Source: Actinomycetota bacterium
GTDB lineage: Bacteria > Actinomycetota > Acidimicrobiia > Acidimicrobiales > JAFATL01
Direction: 5' to 3'
NCBI GenBank assembly: GCA_041166085.1
Contig: JBEEFP010000062.1
Span: 2,567 to 66,566, forward strand
Length of the DNA stretch: 64,000 bases
Made by a program: the position numbers and the translations under genes. This document shows, piece after piece, positions 9,528 to 18,433 of the stretch (position 1 is its first letter; each line of letters opens with the position of its first letter). The notes beneath the pieces were generated by a model. It was not told the origin of the DNA, made no database searches, and worked only from the letters and a program-made list of their open reading frames with translations.

Positions 9528-10104
9528 GTCGGTGCGAGTCGCAGGAGCGGCGGGGGTCGTCGCCTTCGTCGGCGCCGTGGCGCTGCACCCGGCCGCCGAG
9601 CGCCACCTGTGGGCCCACATGACCCAGCACCTGCTGCTGGTGGTGATGGCCGCTCCCCTGCTCGCCGTCCCGCTTGCGCAATGGCGAGTGCCCCGGCCAT
9701 CCATCGGTGTCATCGCGGGCTGGACGGTGCTGCATTCGATCGCCCTGTGGGCGTGGCATCTGCCCGGTCCCTTCGACGCTGCACTGCGGTCCGAGCCATT
9801 GCACGGCGTCGAGCACCTCTGCCTGTTCGTGACCGCCCTCGGATTCTGGTGGGCGGCCATCGGCACGGTGGGACAAGGCGTGCCTGGCGTGGGTGTGGCG
9901 GCCGTGTTCGTGACCGCCATGCAGGGGATCGCGCTGGGCGGGCTGATGACGCTGGCGTCGCGCCCGTGGTACGACGGCTATCGACTCACCGACCAGCAGG
10001 TCGCGGGGGTGATCATGTGGTGTCCGGCTGGTTTCGTCTACACCGCGGCTGTAGCCGCCATGTTGTACCGCTGGCTCGCGACCCGGGACGGGGTGACGGC
10101 GTGA
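9520..10104 (+). CDS. ctaG: Caa3-type cytochrome c oxidase assembly factor CtaG-like membrane protein
   Basis: Polytopic 194-aa protein with HMTQHLLL motif typical of Bacillus-type CtaG. Operon context. Confidence 0.7.
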   Translation: MGRSVRVAGAAGVVAFVGAVALHPAAERHLWAHMTQHLLLVVMAAPLLAVPLAQWRVPRPSIGVIAGWTVLHSIALWAWHLPGPFDAALRSEPLHGVEHLCLFVTALGFWWAAIGTVGQGVPGVGVAAVFVTAMQGIALGGLMTLASRPWYDGYRLTDQQVAGVIMWCPAGFVYTAAVAAMLYRWLATRDGVTA

Positions 10105-10493
10105 GCGAAATGCAGCGAGGGCTGCGGCGGATGCTGCTCGTCGTCGTCCTCGCCGCGCTCGGCGGTACCGGACTGAGCGCGTGCAAGACCGAGCAACCGC
10201 CGGTGCGGGTGGAAGGGAGCCCTGACCTCGGCAGGACCGCCATCCGCAAGTACGGATGCGGCTCGTGCCACACCATCCCCGGTGTGAAGGGCGCCGACGC
10301 GTTGGTCGGTCCCCCGCTCGTGCACTTCCGCCACCGCTCGTTCATCGCGGGCCAACTGGCCAACACCGAAGCCAACCTGCGCCGATGGATCACGGACCCG
10401 CAGGCCGTGGAGCCCGGCACGGCGATGCCCAACCTCGACGTCACGCCCGAGGACGCGCGCAACATCGCCGCCTACCTCGAGTCGCTGAACTGA
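10101..10493 (+). CDS. Monohaem c-type cytochrome, probable lipoprotein
   Basis: Tail of ORF 9609..10493. GTG 10101 overlaps the ctaG stop (an in-frame ATG lies at 10110). Signal ending LSAC, CGSCH haem motif, distal GTAMPN. Confidence 0.75.
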   Translation: MSEMQRGLRRMLLVVVLAALGGTGLSACKTEQPPVRVEGSPDLGRTAIRKYGCGSCHTIPGVKGADALVGPPLVHFRHRSFIAGQLANTEANLRRWITDPQAVEPGTAMPNLDVTPEDARNIAAYLESLN

Positions 10494-10506
10494 GTACGTT
10501 GCGCGC

Positions 10507-11739
10507 ATGACCGACCTCAAGGTTGAGGTCGAGCCGGCCGAGGTCGGCTTCGACGCTGAGCGCCTGGCCCGCCTCGACACCCACTTCGCCCGCTATGTGG
10601 ACGACGGCCGTCTGCCTGGGTGGCTCGCCCTCGTGGCCCGGAGGGGCCAGGTGGCGCACCTCAGCACGTACGGCCAGCGCGACGTCGAAGCCGGGCTGCC
10701 CGTCGAGATCGACACGCTGTTCCGCATCTACTCGATGACCAAGCCCATCACCTCGGTCGCAGCCATGATGCTCTTCGAGGAGGGCGCTTTCGAGCTCAAG
10801 GACCCGGTGAGCAGGTTCATCCCGTCATTCGCCGACGCGCGCGTCTGGCGCGGCGGCTCGTCGGTCAAGCCCCTCACCGAGCCCGCCACCGAACCTCTGC
10901 GCATCTGGCACCTGCTCACTCACACGTCCGGACTCACCTACGGCTTCCACTACGCCCACCCGGTCGACGCCATGTATCGCGCCGCCGGCTTCGAGTGGGG
11001 CGTGCCGCCCGGCGCCGACCTGGAGGCGGCGTGCGACATGTGGGCCGCCCTGCCGCTCGTCTTCCAGCCAGGGACCGAGTGGAACTACGGCGTGTCGACC
11101 GACGTGCTGGGCCGGGTGGTCGAGGTGGCCTCGGGCCAGCCGCTCGACCGCTTCTTCCAGGAGCGCATCTTCGAGCCCCTCGGCATGACCGACACCGCCT
11201 TCTGGGCCCCGCCCGCCGATGTCGACCGCCTCGCCGCGCTGTACATCCCCGGATCCGGCGGACGGGCCACGCGCATGGACGTCATGGGCGACCAGGCCAA
11301 GTCGTGCCCGACCTGCTTCTCCGGGGGCGGCGGCCTCGTGTCCACCGCGGCCGACTACCACCGCTTCACGCAGATGCTCCTGCACGGCGGCGCCGTGGAC
11401 GGCGTCCGCCTGCTGGGTCCCCGCACCGTCGCCTACATGGCGAGCAACCACCTGCCCGGGGGCGCCGACCTCGAGCAGGTGGGCCGGCCCCTGTTCGCGG
11501 AGACCACCTTCGACGGCGTCGGCTTCGGTCTCGGCTTCTCGATCGTGCTCGATCCCGTCGCCAACAAAGTGCCCGGCAACGCGGGCGAGTTCGCGTGGGG
11601 CGGGGCGGCCAGCACGGCCTTCTGGGTCGATCCCGTCGACGAGATCACCTGCATCTTCCTCACGCAGCTGCTGCCGTCCAGCACCCACCCCATCCGCTCC
11701 GAGCTGAAGCGCGTCGTCTCCCAGGCCCTCGTCGACTGA
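10507..11739 (+). CDS. Serine hydrolase, beta-lactamase/esterase family
   Basis: 410 aa with SxxK active-site box (YSMTKPITS) and a typical class C / EstB-like layout. Confidence 0.85.
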   Translation: MTDLKVEVEPAEVGFDAERLARLDTHFARYVDDGRLPGWLALVARRGQVAHLSTYGQRDVEAGLPVEIDTLFRIYSMTKPITSVAAMMLFEEGAFELKDPVSRFIPSFADARVWRGGSSVKPLTEPATEPLRIWHLLTHTSGLTYGFHYAHPVDAMYRAAGFEWGVPPGADLEAACDMWAALPLVFQPGTEWNYGVSTDVLGRVVEVASGQPLDRFFQERIFEPLGMTDTAFWAPPADVDRLAALYIPGSGGRATRMDVMGDQAKSCPTCFSGGGGLVSTAADYHRFTQMLLHGGAVDGVRLLGPRTVAYMASNHLPGGADLEQVGRPLFAETTFDGVGFGLGFSIVLDPVANKVPGNAGEFAWGGAASTAFWVDPVDEITCIFLTQLLPSSTHPIRSELKRVVSQALVD

Positions 11740-11746
11740 CCTCGGG

Positions 11747-13249
11747 TCAGGGCCGGGGGCGGCGGCGGCCCAGCAGCCACGCGACCACCGCGGCCACGCC
11801 GCCCGCAGCGCCCGCCACCAGACCGAGCTTGCGGGGATAGGAGCCGCCGTCGTCCGGTCCGGCTGCGGGCGTCACCGGCACCAGCGCACCGACGCCCACC
11901 GGCACGAGCGCCGTGGACATCTCCCGCAGCTCGATCTCCTCCTTCTCCCTGCCGACCTCGTCGGAGCCCCGCAGGTCCTTGGCCAGCTTGTAGGTGAGGA
12001 GGGCGGTGAAGACGGGCGCAGCGACGAGGCCGATCTGGAAGGCGTGCAGGACCGAGGTGATGGAGACGTGCAGGTGCTGGGCGAAGATGTCTTGACCGCC
12101 GGCGAGCAGCAACACGACGTAGAAGGACAGCACGCCGACGCCGATGGCCGTCCGCACCGGACGGTCGCGCGGCCGGTCGAGCAGCTCGTGCGCGCGCCTG
12201 TCTCGCGTGACGCGTGCTTCGATGAACGGCCACGCGTACAACGCACCGAAGGTGAGGCCTGGCAGCAGGACACCGGGGAAGAACGGGTTGGCGATGGTGT
12301 GGCCCCAGGCCCGCACCTCCCATGGCGGGAAGACGCGCAGCGCGCCCTCCAGCCAGCCGATGTACCAGTCGGGCTGCGCCGCCGTCGTCACCGCCGCCGG
12401 CTCGAACGGCCCGTAGAGCCAGATGGGGTTGATCTGGGCCAGGCCGCCGAGGGCGGCGAGCACGGCGAAGACGCCAGCGAAGAGCCCGAGGCTCTTGGCC
12501 GTGTACGTGGGCCACAAGTGCGAGCCCACCACGTTGCGCTCGGTCTTGCCCTTGCCCGGGAACTGCGTGTGCTTCTGCCGCCAGAGGATGGCGAGGTGGG
12601 CACCGAGCAGGGTCGCGATGGCGACGGGCACGAGCAGGATGTGGATGACGAACAGGCGATTGATGATCTGATCGGCCGGGAACTCCCCGCCGAAGACGAG
12701 GAAGGTGAGCCACGTCCCCGCGGCGGGGATGGAAAGCGCGATCGAGTAGGCGATCCGCAGTCCGGTGCCGGACAACAGGTCGTCCGGCATCGAGTACCCG
12801 GTGAAGCCGTTGGCGATCACCAGCAGCAGCAAGGTGACGCCGACGATCCAGTTCAGCTCGCGTGGCCGGCGGAAAGCACCCGTGAAGAAGATGCGGCAGA
12901 GGTGGGTGACGATGGCGGCGACGAACAGCAGCGCCGCCCAGTGGTGGATCTGCCTCATCACCAGGCCGGCGCGGACGTCGAAGCTGAGCTGCAGAGTCGA
13001 GCGATACGCCTCTGACATGTGCACGCCCCGCAAGGGCACGTAGGACCCGTGGTAGACGACGTCCTTCGAGCTCGGGCTGAAGAAGAACGTCAGGAACACG
13101 CCGGTCAGCAGCAGGACCGCGAAGCAGTACATGGCGACCTCGCCCAACATGAACGACCAGTGGTCGGGGAAGACCTTGTTGAGCGCCTCGCGGGTGAAGC
13201 GAGTGGCGCCGAGACGGTCGTCGATCCATCGCCCCAGCCGGCCGATCAC
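11747..13249 (-). CDS. qcrB: Menaquinol-cytochrome c reductase cytochrome b subunit
   Basis: 500 aa. Recalled from memory, it matches actinobacterial QcrB along its length (NKVFPDHWSFMLGEVAMYCF, RQIHHWAALLF, WRQKHTQFPGKG). GTG start overlaps the pncB stop (GTGA at 13246-13249). Confidence 0.9.
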   Translation of the reverse strand: MIGRLGRWIDDRLGATRFTREALNKVFPDHWSFMLGEVAMYCFAVLLLTGVFLTFFFSPSSKDVVYHGSYVPLRGVHMSEAYRSTLQLSFDVRAGLVMRQIHHWAALLFVAAIVTHLCRIFFTGAFRRPRELNWIVGVTLLLLVIANGFTGYSMPDDLLSGTGLRIAYSIALSIPAAGTWLTFLVFGGEFPADQIINRLFVIHILLVPVAIATLLGAHLAILWRQKHTQFPGKGKTERNVVGSHLWPTYTAKSLGLFAGVFAVLAALGGLAQINPIWLYGPFEPAAVTTAAQPDWYIGWLEGALRVFPPWEVRAWGHTIANPFFPGVLLPGLTFGALYAWPFIEARVTRDRRAHELLDRPRDRPVRTAIGVGVLSFYVVLLLAGGQDIFAQHLHVSITSVLHAFQIGLVAAPVFTALLTYKLAKDLRGSDEVGREKEEIELREMSTALVPVGVGALVPVTPAAGPDDGGSYPRKLGLVAGAAGGVAAVVAWLLGRRRPRP

Positions 13250-14538
13250 GACCCTTGTCCTACCCGCTCGACGGGATGATGCGCTCGCTTTTGCAGATCC
13301 CGCAGCGCCGGAGGCAGGGCGGCAACCGCATCGCGACAGCGTTGGCGGGCCGCCGAGAGGTCCTCGGACGGACGAGTCCGCCGTCCTCCGGCCATGAAGC
13401 GGCTCAGCAATGGTGTCCCAGCCGGCGGCGGATCCTCGCCCACCACCGCGATGACATCACGGTCGGCCTGGCGGTACACCTGCTTCCTCCCCGGCCACGA
13501 GCGCTTGCCCGAGGACAGCTTGGCCTTGCCGCCGGTCTGGTCCTCCACCAGCTTGTAGACGCCGCTCAGGTACGGGGCGTCGGCGCTGGTGCCGAGCATG
13601 GTGCCGACCCCGAACCCGTCGATGGGCGCGCCCTCGGCGCCGAGGGCGGCGATCCGGTGCTCGTCGAGGTCGTTGGAGGCGAAGATCTGGATGTCGCGAC
13701 AACCGGCCTCGTCGAGGATGACGCGCACCGAGCGGCTCAGCGACTCGAGGTCACCGGAGTCCAGGCGCACGCCCCGCACGCTGATGCCCTCGGCCTCCAC
13801 TTCCTTTGCCACCGCCGCGGCGATACGCGCGCCCTGCTCCGTGTCGTAGGTGTCGATCAGGAACACGGCCCGGTCCGGGAACGTGCGGGCGTAGCAACTG
13901 AACGCGGCGTGCTCGTCGGCGAAGGACAGCACGTAGGAGTGCGCCATGGTGCCGTTGAGGGGAACGCCCCAACGGCGGCCCGCCTCCACGTTGGACGTCG
14001 CGGCCGCTCCGCCGACGAAGGCGGCACGCGCCGCTTCGACCGCCGCGGCTGGACCGTGGTCGCGTCGGCCGGAGAAGTCCACGAACGTGCGGTCGGGGCC
14101 GCAGGCGATGGCGACACGCGCCGCCTTCGAGGCGATCATCGTCTCGAAGGTGATGGTGGCGAGCAGGAACGTCTCCACCAGCTGCGCCTCCGGCAGCGGC
14201 GCCGTCACCCGCATGAGGGGCTCCTCGGCGAACACCACCTCGCCCTCGGGGACGGCCCACACCTCGCCCGTGAAGCGCAGCTCGGCCAGCGACGCCAGGA
14301 AGTCCTCGTCGAACATCGCCAGCGTCCGGAGGTAGTCGATGTCGCCCGCGGTGAAGCGGAGGTGCTCGAGGTACTCGACCGCCGGCTCGATCCCGCAGGC
14401 CACCAGGAAGTTGCGCTGATCGGGCAGGCGACGCACGAAGAGCTCGAACGTCGCCGTGCCATCCATCCCGAGCCGCCGGTAGGCGGCCGTCATCGTCAAC
14501 TCGTAGAGGTCGGTGACGAGGGCCGCGTCCTCAGGCAA
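13246..14538 (-). CDS. pncB: Nicotinate phosphoribosyltransferase
   Basis: 430 aa. N-terminus LVTDLYELTMTAAY and the overall layout are typical of NAPRTase. Confidence 0.9.
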   Translation of the reverse strand: MPEDAALVTDLYELTMTAAYRRLGMDGTATFELFVRRLPDQRNFLVACGIEPAVEYLEHLRFTAGDIDYLRTLAMFDEDFLASLAELRFTGEVWAVPEGEVVFAEEPLMRVTAPLPEAQLVETFLLATITFETMIASKAARVAIACGPDRTFVDFSGRRDHGPAAAVEAARAAFVGGAAATSNVEAGRRWGVPLNGTMAHSYVLSFADEHAAFSCYARTFPDRAVFLIDTYDTEQGARIAAAVAKEVEAEGISVRGVRLDSGDLESLSRSVRVILDEAGCRDIQIFASNDLDEHRIAALGAEGAPIDGFGVGTMLGTSADAPYLSGVYKLVEDQTGGKAKLSSGKRSWPGRKQVYRQADRDVIAVVGEDPPPAGTPLLSRFMAGGRRTRPSEDLSAARQRCRDAVAALPPALRDLQKRAHHPVERVGQGS

Positions 14539-15121
14539 CGGCGGCCCCGGCCGCCCGCATCTCCTCCAACGCCGCGTCCCCGTCCCCGGGTTCGAGGTCG
14601 ACGGCGGCCACCGCCGGCCCGGGCACCTCCGTGGGCAGTCCTCGGCGCCGGGCGTCGAGCACCGTCTCCTTCACGCAGTAGTCGGTGGCCAGCCCGACCA
14701 CCACCAGCCGGCGCACACGGTGGCGTTGGAGGACGTCGTCGAGCCCCGTGCCCCGCACCGCGCCGGTGCCGGGGTCGCGCTGGCTGAATCCGGAGTACCC
14801 GTCGTCGCCGTCGGTGCCCTTGCGCACGACGTCGGCGCCGTCGACCTGGCGCAGGGCCGGATGCAGCTCCGCGCCCCACGTGTCCGCCACGCAGTGCACG
14901 GGCCAGACACCGCCGTCCTTCTGGAAATGCGGCGTGTCAGGTGGGTGCCAGTCCTGGGTGTAGACGACGGTGGTGCCGGCCGCGAGGGCGGCGCCGATCT
15001 CGTCGTTGACCGCCGACACCACCTGCTCGGCCCCCTGCACGTACAAGCTGCCCTTGGGGTCGGCGAAGTCGTTCTGGACGTCGGTGACGATCAACGCTGT
15101 CCGCTCGTCATAGCGGGTCAC
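14531..15121 (-). CDS. pncA: Nicotinamidase/pyrazinamidase (isochorismatase family)
   Basis: 196 aa. ALIVTDVQNDFADPKGSLYV and VVGLATDYCV (catalytic Cys). 8-nt overlap with the pncB start. Confidence 0.85.
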   Translation of the reverse strand: MTRYDERTALIVTDVQNDFADPKGSLYVQGAEQVVSAVNDEIGAALAAGTTVVYTQDWHPPDTPHFQKDGGVWPVHCVADTWGAELHPALRQVDGADVVRKGTDGDDGYSGFSQRDPGTGAVRGTGLDDVLQRHRVRRLVVVGLATDYCVKETVLDARRRGLPTEVPGPAVAAVDLEPGDGDAALEEMRAAGAAVA

Positions 15122-15220
15122 GCGGTGAGCCTAGGCAGTGTGCGTCACCGTCAGGACGGGCGATGGCTTCCTGGGCAGATCCAGCGCATACTCCGAGCGC
15201 GGCGACGAAAAGGGGGGTCC

Positions 15221-15580
15221 GTGAACGGAGCGATCGTGCACACCTGGCAGGGCACGAGGACGGGACGGGAGGTGAAGGCGTTGGAGGTGCTCGGCCGGGC
15301 TGTCGCCTACTACGACGAGCTGGCCAAGGAAGGGCGCATCCACGCCCACAGCGAGTTCTTCTCGGCGGGAGCGGAGCTGGCCGGACTGATCGTCATCACC
15401 GGCGACGTCGACGAGCTGCGCAAGATCGAGATGGAAGATGCCTACATGCAGATTCTCGGCGAGGCGCCGCTGGTCGCCGACGGGTTCCACTCGCAGATGA
15501 TGGGCGGCGGCGGAGCCGACGACATCACCGAGGGCGTGACCCGCTACGTGGAGACGCTCGGGCGGCTCGGGATCACCTAG
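15221..15580 (+). CDS. Hypothetical protein (119 aa)
   Basis: Tail of ORF 14513..15580 starting at GTG 15221, preceded by AAAAGGGGGG. Balanced composition, unlike the upstream Arg-rich part. No recognisable motif. Confidence 0.45.
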   Translation: MNGAIVHTWQGTRTGREVKALEVLGRAVAYYDELAKEGRIHAHSEFFSAGAELAGLIVITGDVDELRKIEMEDAYMQILGEAPLVADGFHSQMMGGGGADDITEGVTRYVETLGRLGIT

Positions 15581-16596
15581 CGGGCTGGGGTCCCGTCGGC
15601 AGCGGGGAACCGCACGTACTCGTCGATGAGCGTCTTGCCCAGCTCGGCGTCGGACGGCCGGTCGGCGCCGGCCGTCAGACGACCGCGCCTGCGCAGGTCC
15701 GACTCGAGGGTCGTGAGGATGAACTCCAACGACAGGTCGTCGCTGTGGTCGCTCCACGCCCGTCGCTCGGCGTCGTCGGCGAAGCAGTAGGCCTTCCACG
15801 ACACGGAGTAGCGGAGATCGTCGCTGCCGAAGTCCTGCACGACGTCGCCGGCCGGCGACCGCAGCGACCAGCGTCGGTTGCCCTCGTGCACCAGCTCCAT
15901 CCCGGGGACGAGGCGGGAAAGGACCCCGTCGTCGCCCGCGACCCGGTCCACGCCGTGGAAGATGGTGTCGGTGTCGAGCAAGGCCGCGGTGTTGTGAGCG
16001 GGGGCGTAGGTCTCGGCCGGACCGTCCGCACCCTTGGGGTAGTAGGCGAGCTCCCCGCCCTGGGCTTCGCCGAAGTAGGCGATGCCCGTGGCGATCGGCA
16101 TGCGCCACCGCTCGAAGAGCTCGGAGTGGCGCATGACGACCAGCAGCCACTGCGGCACCACCTTGCGGTTGGCGCCCCGGAACTCGGGCACGTCGGTGTG
16201 CACCGCCAGCTCCTGGCCGGGCAGCAGCATGTTGGCGTACACGATCGCCGGCACGATCACCGGGCGGCCGTGCAGCTCGACGGCCGCGCTGCGCAGTCGC
16301 TCGTGGTCGCGGAACGCTTCGATGCCCTCGGCGAACACGTCCTCGCCGTAGCTGTAGGTCTCGCGGAAGTAGTTGGTGCGGGCCGCTCGCAGGTGGGGCG
16401 GCTCGTCGGTGCGCCCGAAGCGGCCGCCCGTCCGGACGAAGTTCACCGCCGCGTCGTAGCGCTGGGCCAGCTCCGGCGCGAACCCCGTGTCGAAGCCCTC
16501 GTTGCTGTATTGGCCGTAGGTCCCGAACCCGTGCCACAGCTCCACCATGCGCTCGGCGCCCGCCTCGTCGAGCAACGGCTCGAGGATCTGGATCAC
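15577..16596 (-). CDS. Hypothetical protein, possible Fe(II)-dependent oxygenase-like fold
   Basis: ORF 15577..16662. The first ATG sits in the loop of the 16636..16688 palindrome, so the start is provisionally moved to GTG 16596. HTDVPEF (HxD) and a later FHGVDRV His. No firm family assignment. Confidence 0.5.
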   Translation of the reverse strand: MIQILEPLLDEAGAERMVELWHGFGTYGQYSNEGFDTGFAPELAQRYDAAVNFVRTGGRFGRTDEPPHLRAARTNYFRETYSYGEDVFAEGIEAFRDHERLRSAAVELHGRPVIVPAIVYANMLLPGQELAVHTDVPEFRGANRKVVPQWLLVVMRHSELFERWRMPIATGIAYFGEAQGGELAYYPKGADGPAETYAPAHNTAALLDTDTIFHGVDRVAGDDGVLSRLVPGMELVHEGNRRWSLRSPAGDVVQDFGSDDLRYSVSWKAYCFADDAERRAWSDHSDDLSLEFILTTLESDLRRRGRLTAGADRPSDAELGKTLIDEYVRFPAADGTPAR

Positions 16597-16635
16597 GCTG
16601 CGGCAGCGTAGACCCACCCCGTCGGCCCGACCCTC

Positions 16636-16688
16636 TCGACTTTGCGTGACTTTCCCGGACATAGTCCGGGAAAGTCACGCAAAGTCGA
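16636..16688. repeat. Palindromic repeat family A, copy 1 (25-bp perfect arms, 3-nt centre)
   Basis: TCGACTTTGCGTGACTTTCCCGGAC-ATA-GTCCGGGAAAGTCACGCAAAGTCGA, immediately 3' of the nrfD-like stop (16689-16691). Confidence 0.9.
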
Positions 16689-17615
16689 TCAGGGGGAGCT
16701 GGTTGCGGCGACCTCGCCCCGCTCCATGCGCTCGCGCTGGACGGCCACGACGTATCTGGGGTCGGCGGCGGACTGGATGCCGGCCTCGTAGACCGCGAAG
16801 CGCTCGGCTGCTGCGCCGAAGGTGACGAGGGCCCCGCCCAGCCGGGCCAGCCACCGGCGACGCCGGCCGAGGCCGAGGGCGGCCGCGCCGACCATGGTCA
16901 CCTGCGAGGCGAACTTGCCGATCTGGCCGGCCCGGCCCTCGTGGTACGGCTCGCCGACGGTGCCCAGCTTCTGCTCCATGGCCCGACTCGCGCCCAGCTC
17001 GATCTGCGCGCCGGCGAGCGCCAGGCGGCGAGCAGGCTCGGCGCCGGCCCCAGAGACGAACTGCAACGCCACGCCGCCGGCCGACGCGGCCGCCCCGCCT
17101 GCGAACAGCAGGGGCAGATGGTCGCGCGCCTCGTGCCACGCGGGGACGGCGCTGTCGGCGAGCAGCACGCCGGTGTACGTGGCGACGGCAGGACCGAGCA
17201 CGCCGGCCGCGACACCGGCCACGTCGCCCACAACCGGCAAGAGCCCCGTGACCTCCGACAGCGCCGCCGCACCCGTCGCGGGACCGAACACGGCCAGCAG
17301 CCAGCTGCCCAACGACATGGGCGATGTGGGACGGGCCACGCGGAGCATGTTGGCGAAGCGGCTCGGCCGTCCGAGGTCGGCCACGAGGAGCACCAAGCTG
17401 GCCAGGATCCCGCCGAGCGAGACGACACGGGCGACCCGCCGCAACTCGACGTTGCCGCGCGCGTGCGCGCCGAGCGCGAGGGTCGCCGACGCGCCCGAGA
17501 GCCCGCCGGTGAAGAAGTAGGCAGGGATGAACCACTTCCACACCGGCCGCTTGAGAATGGGGCGCCCGTAGTACGAACGGAACTCGGCCTTGCCGACGAG
17601 CGACCGCTCCTTCAC
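16689..17615 (-). CDS. NrfD/PsrC-like polytopic membrane subunit of the formate dehydrogenase complex
   Basis: C-terminal 308 aa of ORF 16689..18356, from GTG 17615 overlapping the FeS-subunit stop (GTGA). About 8 hydrophobic helices. Follows the alpha and beta subunits. Confidence 0.75.
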   Translation of the reverse strand: MKERSLVGKAEFRSYYGRPILKRPVWKWFIPAYFFTGGLSGASATLALGAHARGNVELRRVARVVSLGGILASLVLLVADLGRPSRFANMLRVARPTSPMSLGSWLLAVFGPATGAAALSEVTGLLPVVGDVAGVAAGVLGPAVATYTGVLLADSAVPAWHEARDHLPLLFAGGAAASAGGVALQFVSGAGAEPARRLALAGAQIELGASRAMEQKLGTVGEPYHEGRAGQIGKFASQVTMVGAAALGLGRRRRWLARLGGALVTFGAAAERFAVYEAGIQSAADPRYVVAVQRERMERGEVAATSSP

Positions 17616-18433
17616 CGGCGCCTGCCGACGAACGACGTCGCAACCGCGAACGTCAGCGCCAGCGCGGCCCGCCCCGCCGCCTTCCACATCGCAGGCAGGT
17701 CGCGGGTCGGCGACACCGGATCCGGCGGCAGGCCGTACACCTCGGGCTCGTCGAGCAGCAGGAAGAAGGCGCCGAACCCGCCCACCCCGTCGTCGGGCGA
17801 CTCGCCGTAGAGACGGGCGCCGGGTACGCCGACCTCCTCCAATCGCTGTACCCGCGCCGACGCGCGCGCCCGCAGCTCCTCCAGCGGACCGAACTGGATG
17901 GACTGGGTCGGACACGCCTGCGCGCACGCGGGCTCCATGCCACCCTTGAGCCGGTCGTAACAGAGGGTGCACTTCCACGCCAGGCCGTCGGACTCCCGCC
18001 GGTCGATGACCCCGAACGGGCACGCGCTCACGCAGTAGCCGCAGCCATTGCACACCTCGGACTGCACGACGACGGTCGAGAACTCGGTGCGGAACAGGGC
18101 GCCGGTCGGGCAGACCTCCAGGCAGGCGGCCGACGTGCAGTGCTTGCACACGTCCGACGACATGAGCCATCGGAAGCCCGCGTCCGCCGACAGCACGTCG
18201 GCCTGCGGCTCCGGCACCCGCTGCTCGATGAAGGCAACGTGGCGCCAGGTGTTGGCCGAGAGCGCGCCGGTGTGGTCGTAGGACGAACCAAGCCACGCGA
18301 TGCCGTCCTCCGGCACCTGGTTCCACTCCTTGCACGCCACCTCGCACGCCTTGCACCCGATGCAGATCGAGGTGTCGGTGAAGAAGCCCATCCGCTGCGG
18401 GTGGGTGTCGTACGACGACGCGAGGTCGACCAT
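17612..18433 (-). CDS. Formate dehydrogenase iron-sulfur (beta) subunit, 4x[4Fe-4S] ferredoxin type
   Basis: From MVDLASSY (ATG 18433). Cys clusters CIGCKACEVAC, CKHCTSAACLEVCP, CNGCGYCVSACP and CTLC...CAQACP. C-terminal TM anchor. Confidence 0.85.
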   Translation of the reverse strand: MVDLASSYDTHPQRMGFFTDTSICIGCKACEVACKEWNQVPEDGIAWLGSSYDHTGALSANTWRHVAFIEQRVPEPQADVLSADAGFRWLMSSDVCKHCTSAACLEVCPTGALFRTEFSTVVVQSEVCNGCGYCVSACPFGVIDRRESDGLAWKCTLCYDRLKGGMEPACAQACPTQSIQFGPLEELRARASARVQRLEEVGVPGARLYGESPDDGVGGFGAFFLLLDEPEVYGLPPDPVSPTRDLPAMWKAAGRAALALTFAVATSFVGRRR

